A DNA stretch of 64,000 bases from Takakia lepidozioides (lineage: Eukaryota > Plantae > Bryophyta). Position 1 is the stretch's first letter, and every line of letters starts with the position of its first letter. The stretch spans positions 22,506,001 to 22,570,000 of the forward strand of contig CM060731.1 in the NCBI GenBank assembly GCA_030704615.1. Direction: 5' to 3'. Below are positions 38,501 through 50,729 of this stretch, one piece after another. The position numbers and the translations under genes were made by a program. The notes under the pieces were generated by a model, which worked only from the letters and a program-made list of their open reading frames with translations, was not told the origin of the DNA and did not search any database.

Positions 38501-40108
38501 AAGCAAAGTCTAAGGAGTCCCATCTTCCATCTTCCATCTCCCAATTTGTCAAGGCGATAGCAACAGTCCAGTCAGTACTTTCTCTCTCTATGAGCCTCCA
38601 GGAGTCTTAAGCAACTGAGCAATCTCTTACTAACAAGTATGATGTTCATCATTGCAATCATCAGCGACCAATTCTGAAGAGATATCCGGCACCAATCTCT
38701 CTGACAGCATGGGCCTATGTTTTTGGTGCCATTCTACTGCTCGTCACCGGGCTCATTGCTGTGAAGAACCCACAAGACTGGGCAATTACACAAAGATCTA
38801 ATGTCTATTCAATTGCATATGGGGTACGCCTGTTCCCCTCCTTAAGAATGTACCTTTCAATGAGCACTTCTTGTCCTTTGTGTGCGCTGCAGGTGACGAA
38901 CCTTCATATGTTGATGGTGATGAAGAGTCAACTACATTTGCGTAGCCTAAGAAGATTGAGGGAGGGGAGAGAGAGAGAGGGCAGACCAGCATTTTTTGAT
39001 TTGCCAACATTGTTATCAAGGTTTCTGGTTTACCAAGTTCGAGCTGGGAAAGAGAGATAGGCAGCTGGAGCGTCTTCACAGCATTGATGAACATCCAGCT
39101 TGCATGCCGTCCCTCCCATGCTGGGCACTGGGCTCAAGTTCAAACTAACTTGCCTACTTCTCTATAGTAAGTTAGCCCAGCTGCGAAGAATAGGTCCCAT
39201 ACGTCTGATGTGGCCCTCAGGGCTCTGTGGACAGCAGTCCTGGCCAGTTGTTGTATGGTCTGCCTGTTCTTGTTTGCTTGCTGCAGTAGTTCTATTGGTC
39301 TAAATTTTTAGTGGTTGTTTGTGTATTCCACTTGCATACATTTGAAGGATTGTCTTTTGCCACTGCAGGGGATTATTAACTCAGCATTAGCTTTCGCATT
39401 CCAGACATGGAGTGTCCAAAGGGTTGGACCCATCTTGGTGGTAATGTATAGTCCTCTGCAGACTGTCTTTGGGACAATTCTCTCACTCATCTTTCTTGGA
39501 GACAACTATTACTTGGGCAGGCAAGACCTATTTCCTTCTTTTTAACTTTGTCTTCTAGATGAGCTATAAATGTGCACAATGGTGGCCAGAGTCTGCAAGC
39601 AGCAGCTTCACTGTTGATTTCAAAGTATCTCTTCCAGAGAAGTGCTATGAATGCAAGTCTCATTCTTCAGTTCAGTTATCCCAAACTTAAGACGTTTGAA
39701 TGCGAACACGCAATGAAAAAGTCTCCAGGGGGCAGAAGCTAATGTTGGGTCAAGGAGATGCTATAAGTTATGCAGATCATGTGCTGTGTCCTTCTCTTGT
39801 TTTTCCCTTGGTTTGATTTTAACATCGCTTCATATTCAATCCGACGACAGTCTACTGCAATTTGATCAATGTTATGTCTGTGCTGAAAGGGAGGATGGGT
39901 TGGGTGGTTGCACAGTTTGCTTGGAGGCATTCTGGTTCTGGCAGGCGTTTATCTTGTTACCTGGGGTCAAAGTGAGGACCGTCGGTTGACATCACGGTCC
40001 CTTAAGAGTCAGCCAATCCTTGATTGCGAAGTGACAATTAAACCAATTGAGGAGCCCTTGTTATCAGGTAATTCCATCATCTCTATTCAATGTCAAAAAT
40101 ATATATAA
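35550..40108 (+). CDS. WAT1-related / UMAMIT (nodulin MtN21, EamA) transporter, 7 exons
   Basis: Exons: 35550-35770, 35969-36031, 36546-36662, 38018-38300, 38665-38823, 39369-39520, 39916-40108. Motifs: KVALNTGINEFVFSVYR..LVPFAFYFER, LKRYPAPIS, GPILVVMYSPLQ, GVYLVTWG. Confidence 0.92.
36750..37560 (-). mobile_element. Possible degraded LINE remnant in UMAMIT intron 3
   Basis: Minus-strand fragments HWKKFL and RLGFAASRDAAQAVLFKESG weakly resemble the post-RT region of RTE-like LINEs. Confidence 0.3.
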
Positions 40109-40129
40109 CCCTGCATAGTTTTATAAAAA

Positions 40130-40435
40130 GACCCAAGTGGGGTGACTGTACAAATGGGTGTAACTGTCCCCAAGAGGAAACAACCAAAGCTCGTAGAGCT
40201 AGATATATTAACACAAAGAAAGAAATCAAACTATTCTAGTATCACCTACAGCCTGAAGAAGGTCAGACAATAGGAAAGAATGTGGATCAGAGAGTGCGGG
40301 GAGGCGAGATGAAGCCGCCCCGGCAACCTCTGCCCGACGTAAAATAGATTGAGCTTGAGCCTTTTGCAAAGCAACAGAACCTCGTTGTCTAAAGAAAGCT
40401 ACAAGAACAGAGGCGTATGTCAAAAGGTCTGATCA
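40130..40435 (-). mobile_element. 3' fragment of a CRE/R2-like (restriction-endonuclease type) non-LTR retrotransposon
   Basis: FFRQRGSVALQKAQAQSILRRA resembles the QRxSxAxQRGNA-type C-terminal helix of RLE-type elements. Confidence 0.45.
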
Positions 40436-40512
40436 TCAGTCTGCATGCCCACCAGCCTTTTATAATATATATATTGGTATTAGATACCAGACCAGCCTCT
40501 ATCATTTTGGGA

Positions 40513-40634
40513 GAATATTTGGTCATATTCTAGACCAGGCTGAATTGATATCTCATACCATATAGTATGGTGAGTATGGTGAGATATGGTCTGAGATATC
40601 AATTCAGCCTGGTCTAGTATATGACCAAATATTC
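40513..40634. repeat. Inverted repeat (about 50-bp arms) inside a MITE-like segment
   Basis: GAATATTTGGTCATATTCTAGACCAGGCTGAATTGATATCTCA pairs with TGAGATATCAATTCAGCCTGGTCTAGTATATGACCAAATATTC. Confidence 0.85.
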
Positions 40635-41599
40635 GCCATACTCACCATATAGTATAGATATGGTATGGTGGTCATGATACTCATACTCATATCAGAATCT
40701 GGAAAAAAAATACATCCGCCATTACGTAGATGAGACTGGTATAAAAGTTTTGTGATACGTCTAGTACTATGACCAGTCTGGTATGTCCTAAACTTGATAC
40801 CAAAACAACACTGGTAAGAACTTAATGCAGGCGTGCGATTTGACTGTGCTTTGGCCGAATTCAGGTAGCGTCGGCAATTCTGTTGAGGAAAAAAAAAGGT
40901 ATTGGAATAACTGGTTATTTAACCCTCTCACGTCCATGCGTTGGTTATGGCGGTTTAGGAGATATTTGTATGTTGCTGTCAGATTCGACAGCACAGTGCC
41001 GAAATAATTATTTTTTGGAGGCTCAGTCCATTTGGCACCTCATATTTTATATTCCAGGGTTTCAGCAGTTTAGAATTGAAATGTTTCACCACCTGCGACA
41101 CAAGCTTGCGATATGAGCTCCGCATCTTTAGAGGCTACACGCGCCCCTCCGCAACAATCAAGCAGTTCATGAGCACCAAATTTTCTTATTTGTGGACAAG
41201 CTGAGTATGTAATATTTCTGGATTTTTAGACATATCACTTGAGTTAATTCACAAAAATTTCAACAACGCAAAATATAATTTAATTTGCGTCGAATTTGAT
41301 AGCACCGTAGGGTATCAACGACGAAACAAAACAAACTACTTTCAAGTTAAAATAATATTAATATTTAATTTAAAAACATATTTAATCAGTTAATTATTTT
41401 ATTTATTATAAAAATAAAAATACTCCTGCTAGAGCTGACGTAATTAGGAGCCACTTCATTTTTCATTTTATGTCTACCGATCTATGTAAAAGGTGGGTTC
41501 TATAAACTTTTTAAAAAAATTAAATTAAAATTAAATTTTAGTAATAAAATTTTGAATATGTAATTTTAAATTTCAATCATGTGATTTTTACCTTCAGCA

Positions 41600-42950
41600 T
41601 TGACACTGTCACACTTGTTCTTCACCTTTCATCAAGCCAGTCGATGGTTCTCCTCCCCTCTCCCCTCACAACTATTAGAGTATGTTGCTGGACATCTGCT
41701 CCAAGAAAGATGGATCCACAATGCCACCAATGACCACCCTTGTTGCCTGCAGCTGGGTAACAACCAATACGTTCATATGGATACTGGGTAGGCTCCTCGC
41801 GAAGCTTTAGTTTGATACCTCAGAATGGTCATGGAAGTTTGGGCGACAACTAGAGCCTTTTTTCTCATACACCACCAAATAGGGCTACAAGGCTATGTTA
41901 AATGCTCAACCTCTCAAAAGCAAATGGGAGGCCACGTGGGAACACCATTGAAAACTGGTCATCAATATGGAGGTTGGTATATTGGCGAAAATCGAGACCA
42001 GCGAAGATGTCTGCGTTTCTCTGGCAAATTGTTAACAAAGTCCTCAAAGTAGGGGATTGGTTGCAGTTCCAGGATGCCCTCTTGTGTGCTTGTTGTGCAA
42101 CAGGAATCATAGAAAGCTTGGAGCACTGCCTCCTTCACTGTCATGCACCAGCCACGGTATGGCCACTTGTCAAAAGCCTTACTCAAACTGGAACCCCAGG
42201 CAACTCTCTGCTGTTGATCTTCTTCTAAACTATGACCCCAGCACCAAACCCACGGCGGTTGCATGTCCCGTATTTGAAACACTTAGGGTAGCACTCTGTG
42301 GCATCTATGGAAAGCAAGATGCACAAAAACCCTTTTAGGAGAAACAACTACTACCTCTGCTCTTCTCACTTGCGTTTTTTATGATCTTGGTACTGAATCG
42401 AGGAAGGCACGGGCCAAGCTATGTGCATATATCAAACGGAAGCCTCAAATCGCAGCTGCCAGCCATGATAAGTTCTGCTCCACCTGGGGGAATGAGGGCA
42501 TCATCTGCTACATTGCATCTCCAGACTCCTGCATCTGGTCCGACCTTCCACCTCCCTCCTGGAGGGGACTTCGTGCAACACTCCACTGCGTCTCCCGAGT
42601 TTGAAAGGGACATTAATTGGAAACACCTTAAGTGTTCCACAAAAGCCTCATGGCTTCACTATACCCAGGGGTAGGTAGCTTTAGTCAATATTCAAGAAGA
42701 CACCTTTAAAGCCCCAAGAGTGCTTTATTATTTTGGCAATCTAGATTTACTCTAGGGTATTGGATCATGGTTAATAGAAAATCGGTAGAAAACCGGTAAG
42801 GTCGGTAGTTCAATGCTAGCTAGGTCGGGTTTCGACAGGTTCCCTCTAGAAGGGATCAAGGTTCGTTCTTTCACTGAATACGGTGTGTGTGCCTCATGGT
42901 GTAAAAGGGATTTTAATTTTTTTTTCCCGACTAATCTGTAATAAATCTAA
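41600..42950 (+). mobile_element. Degraded L1-type LINE 3' fragment (zf-RVT)
   Basis: WSSIWRLVYW..PAKMSAFLWQIVNKVL..CACC..ESLEHCLLHC..VW. Boundaries are approximate. Confidence 0.75.
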
Positions 42951-43770
42951 CTAGAGCCTTTGTCCCCTATTCATAAATAATATTAATATTAATATTAATA
43001 TTAATAAAAAATAGATAGATACACATACATTTAATATTCATTGTAGAGCATATTAATAAGTATTTATAATATACTAATATATCTATATTTTTAATTATTT
43101 TAAACATTAATAAGAGATAAAATTTTGATATTATGAATTCTGACATTTAATTAGCTATTACCATTATCATATTTATAATATATATGTGCATCTCTCTCCA
43201 ACAACACAAACTGCTCGGTTGTTATGAATCCCCACTTGTGGTTGTCTCATGTAGTGTAAGACTGACGTCGGCGCCTGATTGCGTAAACCTATACAGCTCT
43301 CCCTCCCTTGTGACTAAACACCTTGGTCCCTAAAGCTGTTTTAGCTAGCTCTCAACCATGCAGGTGTTTTACCAATAGTTCCAATATAGCTGCTTTCCTC
43401 AACCAAACTCTGATTGCTCAAAGTAATGTTATGGCCCTCATACCAAACTATAGCAAATAGTGTTTAGCCGTACCGTACTGCCAATGCCTGACTCCCTATA
43501 GGCAAACAACTCATCCAACTGATCTGCACTTAGATCTGTTTGTGTGCCTTGGAAAATATGAATATTTTCCCCAACCACTTGAAGACTCAGTGACGATATG
43601 AGCCATTCCAAGCATACAAAACTTTCATGTGCCACACAGGTCTAATTCTTTGAGCATGGTCTTAGGAATAACTTACATATGGACAATTTTCTAGAGAATA
43701 AACCATCTTACTTTTGAAAATTCCATATATAACTTATACACAGCCTGTGTCTGCCATAGCTTGGTCATAC

Positions 43771-44488
43771 TGTCGCGCACCTCACGTCGGTAAGCTCCCC
43801 CCTCAAGTCATAGTTACTCGCTTGATGCGCGCGCCTAACTCCAACCTGGCCGTCGGGCCAACTTGGAGCTTCGGCTGCTCACCGGGACATAACGGTCCCC
43901 CCTTGATCTCCCAAAGAACCCTCCAACGATTTAGAACCAGCAGAATTCCCTTTGGTAGTTGGCAGTCCGGAACAGCTCCCCACTCTTTGGTCGCTTTCCG
44001 GCTCGCTCGCTTACTCACTAGCTTTTGGTCACCAACGGGCTTGCACCATTCTCGGGGTTACTACTCCCTATATATACTTCTGTAGCTGTCCGCGGGGGTT
44101 TCACAAATAACCATGCCATTTTATGGCGAACCACCACGAACACCCTCAACTCCCGGTGATGAGTCGCGGTGAGTCTTGGCCCACTCACCACGGCCCCTAT
44201 GGACCGTGATGAGTCCCAAGACTCCCCACGACTCCCACCACGAGGTCTCTGCCCCAGGGTGAGTCATATGCCACCCCCACTAAGTCCCGCTAAGCTACCA
44301 CCACCCCTTGTGGAGCCACCCCCACCGCAACCAGGTGTGCGGGGCTCCACCTAGTGAGCACCTCCCCCTCCTTGAGTGCTTTGGGCACTCAAGGGTGCTT
44401 CAGCCCCCCATACCTGTCGCTGCCACTGCCCCCACCACAGGGGCAGCCCCTCTTGTGTCCCGACCCCTTGCCCTCAAGGGCCGCGACA
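43771..44488 (-). repeat. 3' LTR, Galadriel-like copy A
   Basis: Direct repeat of 50005-50729. Confidence 0.95.
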
Positions 44489-45395
44489 CACACCCCTACC
44501 AACAGGGAGTCGATGTCCTCATCGGCTTGTACATTTTGTGGAAACGAACATCCAAGTTGTGGCATCCCACATCAAGGAGTTTGTTTCCGTACCATGGCGT
44601 CCCATGGCAAAGAACCAAACCCCACACTTGACTCTACTCTCCACTAGCTAGTTCGGCCGACTTCCTCCAAGTCCCGGCCAAGGGTGGAGCCTCTCAAGCT
44701 CCTCCCAGTGCACTCTTCTTGGCCTACTTCAAGGCCAAGGAACGATCCTCCCCGAGGATCGAATCGCCTTACTGCAACAACATTGCTTGCGACCGCTCAT
44801 GATGCCGCTTTTGGCATCACCTTGAGCAAGGGTTCACCTCGAACCCTCTTTGACTAGGAAGATAACCTTGAACCAACCGCGCGCCCCAATCACTACAATT
44901 GGGTCCGCCTTGGAATGCTGGCGTGAGGTACGGGAACACGCCGAAGCCGTATTACGACTTCGTCCCGAGGCTACACGATTATAGTACGTGAACGGAAGCA
45001 CGTAGCTTCCGCGTTAGCCCGCACTACAAAGCAACCCCCTCGGTAGCATAGTTATAGTATGCGCACGCGCCAGGTGCGCACTAGCACGTGAACTCCTAAA
45101 GAAGGCGCAAGTTTCCTTGCCCCTTTGGATGGAAGTCACCCGATTTCGGCACTGCGCAAACACACAATTAACCCAATTTACCTCTCCCACTTTTGTAAGC
45201 TAGCATGCATTCTACACACTAGCCAACCACACCATGCATCACCATTCCAAACAAAATAGGAAGCACAACATTTGGAACCCATTTCCTTTATAACAAATTT
45301 TTGTACAATACAAGTTTTTGCAATCGGATTCCTAAGCTAGCTAAGCCGGGCTAAGCATGCATTTCCTCCCCCACGCTCCAAGGTTGATGTCCCCA

Positions 45396-48300
45396 TCAAC
45401 GCTTCTTCCGTTTTTGAGGTCGCCCTTTGAAAACTGCAACCGCCTCGGATGCGTTTCCCATTTCTGAGGCACGCACCCAAGATGCTTCCACATGATGATA
45501 GCCCTTCCATTTGACGAGATACTCCGTTTCTCGGTTCTTGAACCTCCTCGACTTAAGTACTGCCTCCACCTCATACTCAAGTTCATTTTCATGATCCAAC
45601 AGCACAAGTGGCGGACGCAACACTTGATGCCGATTCAGACGCGCTTCATCTTTGAAGTAAGGCTTCAAAAGGGAGACGTAGAATACTGGATGCACCTTGC
45701 TGTTTGCCGGCAGTTCCAATTCATACACATCCTCATTCATAACCTTCCGGATGCGAAAGGGTCCCGCATATGGAGGTACGAACTTTGGACTCACTTCCGG
45801 AGGTAGTCGGAAATTCTTGATGTTCAACCAGACCTCCGTGCCTACCTCAAACTTCACTTCCCTCCGCTTCCGATTCGCCTGTCTTTCATACCGTTTCCTA
45901 GCTTTGGCAATGTTGTACTTTGCGAGCTTCAACAAACGCTCGCGTTCTTCCAGTACCGCCGCTACTGCCGGTTCATCAACGTCATGGGCGGCCCAACTTG
46001 TCGGCACCAGAGGTGCTTTTCCATAGACCAATACGAAAGGGGAAACTCCCGTTGCGGAGTGTTCTGTGTTATTATAACAGAACTCTGCCGCGTCTAAGTG
46101 TTCCACCCAGTCTGTTTGGTCTGCCGACACGTAATTCCTCCGAGATCTGCTTCACTACGGAATTCACTCTTTCCGTTTGGCCGTCGGTCGTAGGTCGGAA
46201 GGCGGTGCTCATCTTCAGCCTCGTCCCCATCTTCTTCCAAAGTGCCCTCCAAAATTTACTCGTAAACTTTAGATCGCGGTCCAAGACAATATCCTTCGGG
46301 ACTCCATGATGCTTTAAGACGTGGGCGAAGTAAAGTCACCTTGTTTCCTGCGCCATTGCCGTCTCCTTGGTGGGGTGAAATGGCCCATTTTACTGAACCT
46401 ATCCACCACCACCATGATTGCATCGAATCCTTTTGACAGCGGCATAGCAGTCATGAAATCCATCGAGACGCTTTCCCAAGTCCCCTCTGGAATCGGCAAG
46501 GGTTGTAACAGCCCCGCTTGCTTTTTGTACTCGCTCCGGTTTTGTTGGCATGTGGTGCATGTCTTGACATACTCCTCTGCCTCCTCCCTCAGTTTGGGCC
46601 AGAAATACTCTTTCTTCAAGAGTGTCGCAGTGCGCTTGGCTGCGCCGTGGCCTGCAAGCGGGCTATCATGGCATTCTCTCAAGAGGCTATCTCTGATCCC
46701 TCCCTTCGGCACGTAGAGACGCTTTTGCTTATACCGGAGCAGTCCATTTTGCAAGTGAAACTGCGATTTAACCCCCATCCTCAAGTCCTGCATCACGGAC
46801 TTCGCCAGCTCATCCTTCCGGCAAGCCTTCCGGATCTTCCTTTGGAGCGCCGTCTCGCCCCTGTTTACCAAAAAAGCTGCTGCTTTCTACTTAAGGCATC
46901 GGCCACCACGTTGTCCTGTCCCAGTTTGTACTGGATATCCACGTCGAACACCGCCAAAGTATCTTGCCACCTAAGTTGTTTTGGGGACAACTTGGGCTGC
47001 GTGGCAAAATACTTCACCGTGACATTGTCCGTGAACACCTTCACTGGGTTGGAACCAACATAGTGGCGCCAAAGCTCAAGACAGTGCACCACTGCCTTCA
47101 TCTCTTTCTCGTGCGTCGGCCACCGTCGCTCCACTTCATTCAGTTTCTTATTTTCGTAAGCCACTGGGCGTCCATCTTGCATCAGTACACCCCCAATCCC
47201 GAAGTCCGACGCATCTGTATGAATCTCGAACGGACGATCGAACTCCGGGATTTTCAAGACTGGAGCTTCCGCCATCCGCTGCTTCAATTCAGCAAAAGCT
47301 TGGCTACAAAAGGTGTTCCATGCCCAGACTTTGGATTTACACAGAAGGTCTGACAGCGGCCCCGCGATCTTGGCGAAATTTCTCACATACTTCCGGTAGT
47401 AGGAGGCGAGTCCTAGGAAGGATCGCACTCCCGGGACCGAAGTCGGAGGCTCCCAGTCCAAGATTGCCCTCACCTTCCTGTCATCTGATCCCATCCTGTG
47501 TAATCACATGCCCCAGGAACTCCACTTTTGTGACCCCGAATTCGCACTTTGAAGCTTTGGCATACAGCTTCCCTCCCGCAATTTCTGGAACACCCTTTTG
47601 AGGTGCTCCAGGTGCTCCTCCTTTGTTTTCGAATACACCAAGATGTCATCGATGTACACGATCACAAAGTCATCCAACCACTCCTGGAAAAGGCTGTTCA
47701 TCATCGTGCTAAAGGTCGCGGGAGCGTTGGTGAGTCCAAAAGGCATCACCAAGAACTCATATGAACCATACCTTGTCTTGCACGCGGTCTTCTCCTCATC
47801 TCCTTCCGCCACTCAAATTTGATGATAGTCGGAGCGCAGATCGATCCGGCTGAAATACTTCGCTCCTGCCAACCGATCGAAAAGGTCGTCGATCCTTGGC
47901 AAATGGTACCAGTTTTTTATAGTCACCTTATTCAAAGCCCTATAATCGACACACATCCGCAGCGCCCCATCCTTCTTGTCTACGAATAGCACCAGGGCTC
48001 CATAAGGTGACTTACTCGGCCGGATGTACCCCTTTGACATTAGATCTTTGAGCTGAGTCTTCAGCTCGACCAACTCTCTGTGGCTCAACCGGTAGGGCGC
48101 CTTGGTAGGCGGTTCCGATCCCGATATCACCTCAATCTTGTGGTCAACTCCTCTTCGCGGTGGCAAGCCACTTGGTAAATCCTCCGGCATCACATCTTGG
48201 TATTTCTCCAAAATCCCCTTGATCCAATCTGGGCTCGGCTCCCCATTGCCTTCTCCCTTCACTTCTCTAATATAGAGCAAAAACTGGGGCTCGTGTGCCT

Positions 48301-49949
48301 CCTCCACGGCCCACTTCCTTGCTGACAGGAGGTTTATTCGCCCTCCCACGGGTTTGGGCGTTTCCGACACTCGTAAGACCTCGCCACCATTCCCACATGG
48401 CAGCGTGACTACTCTCTTGCGGCCATCTATGACCGCTCCGGATTTGCTCAAAAAGGTCATCCCCAAAATGAGATCCACTCCATCGATCTCGCAGATGGTG
48501 AAGTTCTCACGTCCCTCCCAACTCCCCAGTTGAAGAGGAACATCAAACGCCAACCTTGTCGCCAATTGCGGTTCTCCTTTGGCAGAACGCACCTCAATAG
48601 AGGCCCCACGTCACTTGTCGGGAGTCCCAGCTTTTGTACTGTTGCCGGTGTCATGAAGGAGTGCGACGCTCCTGTGTCCACCAACAACGACACGTTAGTT
48701 CCGGATATTATCCCATCCACGAACAATAACTGACTCCCTTTACGTAAGGCGCCAGTTTCCTGATACAACTCACAAGAAAATTTGCCTACCTTGCAAGTCC
48801 TGGCGACCACCGCTTCCACCAAGCGACTGATGGTATCTTCCGACAGCTCTGTGGTCGCCCGAGTCATGTTCAATTGCCGGGGCTTCGTGCACTTCTTGGC
48901 CGTGTGCCCGGGCTCCCCGCAATTGAAACACACTCCATCAAAGGTCGCCTTCTGTCCGCCATAAGCCGCTCCACCCGCTTTTCCTTTCGAAGCACCGGGT
49001 GCCGCCTTGACTTGTGAAGGCCCTCCCTTCGATTTCCACGTGCCATTGTCGCCGCGTGGCCTATCCCACTACTTTTCCGGTCGGAAGGAGTCACCTTCCC
49101 GCCGGGTCTTCTTGTGGTTCAGCTCCGTACGGCCTTGTCTTTCACCCTTAGGGACATCCGAGAAACATTCAGCCCTCTCAATTGCCTCGTTCAAAGTCTT
49201 AGATGGCTTCTCCTCCAACTTCCGCCTGGCCCATGGGGCCAGTCCCGCCACAAAGTTGAAGACCATTTCTGGTTCTGCCATGTCCGCGACTTCGAGCAAC
49301 AACACATTGAAAGCCTGGACATATCCCCGAATGTCATCTGTTTGCTTCAAATTCCTCATCTTGTCCCAGGCGAGCCAGGACGCGTTGAGGGGCACAAACT
49401 GCCTCTTCATCAATTCCTTGAACCCACTCCAGTTCAAGGTTTCCGGGCATGGACCTCGGTCGTGAAGGCGTTTTGCCACCATTGTTGAGCATAGCCCCTC
49501 AAATAGGTGGGACCCACTTCCACCCGATCCTCGTCACTCAACTTGGCCGCCCGGAAGTACTGCTCCAGCTCCAAGAGCCAGGTGTTGAGTGCCTTCCAAT
49601 TTCGGACGCCCTCGAAGGTGCCGGGTTCCTTCGGCTTCACCTTAAACTTTGCCTTAGTGGAAGTGGTATTAGCCGCCTTCAACACATCTTTCAACGTCCC
49701 GCCAAATTGCGCCAACAACCCTTCCCAAAAGGCTGCCGGCATAGGAGGCATCTGTTGGTCGGTCGGAGCTCTCAAGGATTCCTCAGGCTCCGACTCCTCA
49801 GATTCCTCCCGCTCATGAGCGGCCTCGTTTTCGGAAACATGCATCGCTTCCTTAAACGGCCGCCTCGGTGACACGTCGCCCCCATCGGGCTCACCAGGAT
49901 CATCATCTTTTGGGCCGTTCCGCTTTCGCTTTGGCTTGCCCGACCCCAT
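45396..49949 (-). pseudogene. gag-pol: gag-pol with C-terminal chromodomain; several frameshifts and stops
   Basis: KPKEPGTFEG, CFNCGEPGHTAKKC, LVDTGASHSF, YIDD, HTDASD, CHDSPLAGH..CTTC, SMDFM, and the chromodomain EYEVEAVL..EYLVKWKGY..ASW. Confidence 0.93.
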
Positions 49950-50004
49950 GATGAGGCCAATCCCAAGGACGATCGCCTACTGAACTCTAAGCTCTGATAC
50001 CAAG

Positions 50005-50729
50005 TGTCGCGCACCTCACTTCGGTAAGCTCCCCCCTCAAGTCATAGTTACTCGCTTGATGCGCGCGCCTAACTCCCAACCTGGCCGTCGGGCCAACTTG
50101 GAGCTTCGGCTGCTCACCGGGACATAACGGTCCCCCCTTGATCTCCCAAAGAACCCTCCAACAATTTAGAACCAGCGGAATTCCCTTTGGTAGTTGGCAG
50201 TCCGGAACAGCTCCCCACTCTTTGGTCGCTTTCCGGGTCGCTCACTTACTCACTAGCTTTTGGTCACCAACGGGCTTGCACCGTTCTCGGGGTTACTACT
50301 CCCTATATATACTTCTGTAGCTGTCCGCGGGGGTTTCACAAACAACCATGCCATTTTATGGCGAACCACCACGAACACCCTCGACTCCCGGTGATGAGTC
50401 GCGGTGAGTCTTGGCCCACTCACCACGGCCCCTATGGACCGTGATGAGTCCCAAGACTCCCCACGACTCCCACCACGAGGTCTCTACCCCAGGGTGAGTC
50501 CTATGCCACCCCCACTAAGTCCCGCTAAGCTACCACCACCCCTTGTGGAGCCACCCCCACCGCAACCCGGTGTGCGGGGCTCCACCTAGTGAGCGCCTCC
50601 GCCTCCTTGAGTGCTTTGGGCACCCAAGGGTGCTTCAGCCCCCCATACCTATTGCTGCCACTGCCCCTACCACAGGGGCAGCCCCTCTTGTGTCCCGACC
50701 CCCTGCCCTCAAGGCAAAGGGCCGTGACA
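50005..50729 (-). repeat. 5' LTR, Galadriel-like copy A
   Basis: Followed on the minus strand by the PBS and the gag ATG at 49949. Confidence 0.95.

Larger units (their letters stand above)
43771..50729 (-). mobile_element. Full-length Ty3/Gypsy chromovirus (Galadriel-like), copy A
   Basis: LTRs at 43771-44488 and 50005-50729 with TG..CA ends, TSD CATAC (43766-43770 and 50730-50734), tRNA-Met PBS TGGTATCAGAGC (minus strand, 49991-50002), and a PPT adjacent to 44489. Confidence 0.96.

Noticed and set aside
41200-43200. AT-rich blocks as a structured feature
   Set aside because: Low-complexity intergenic DNA (about 41200-41600 and 42960-43190) with no defined repeat unit or RNA-gene signature.
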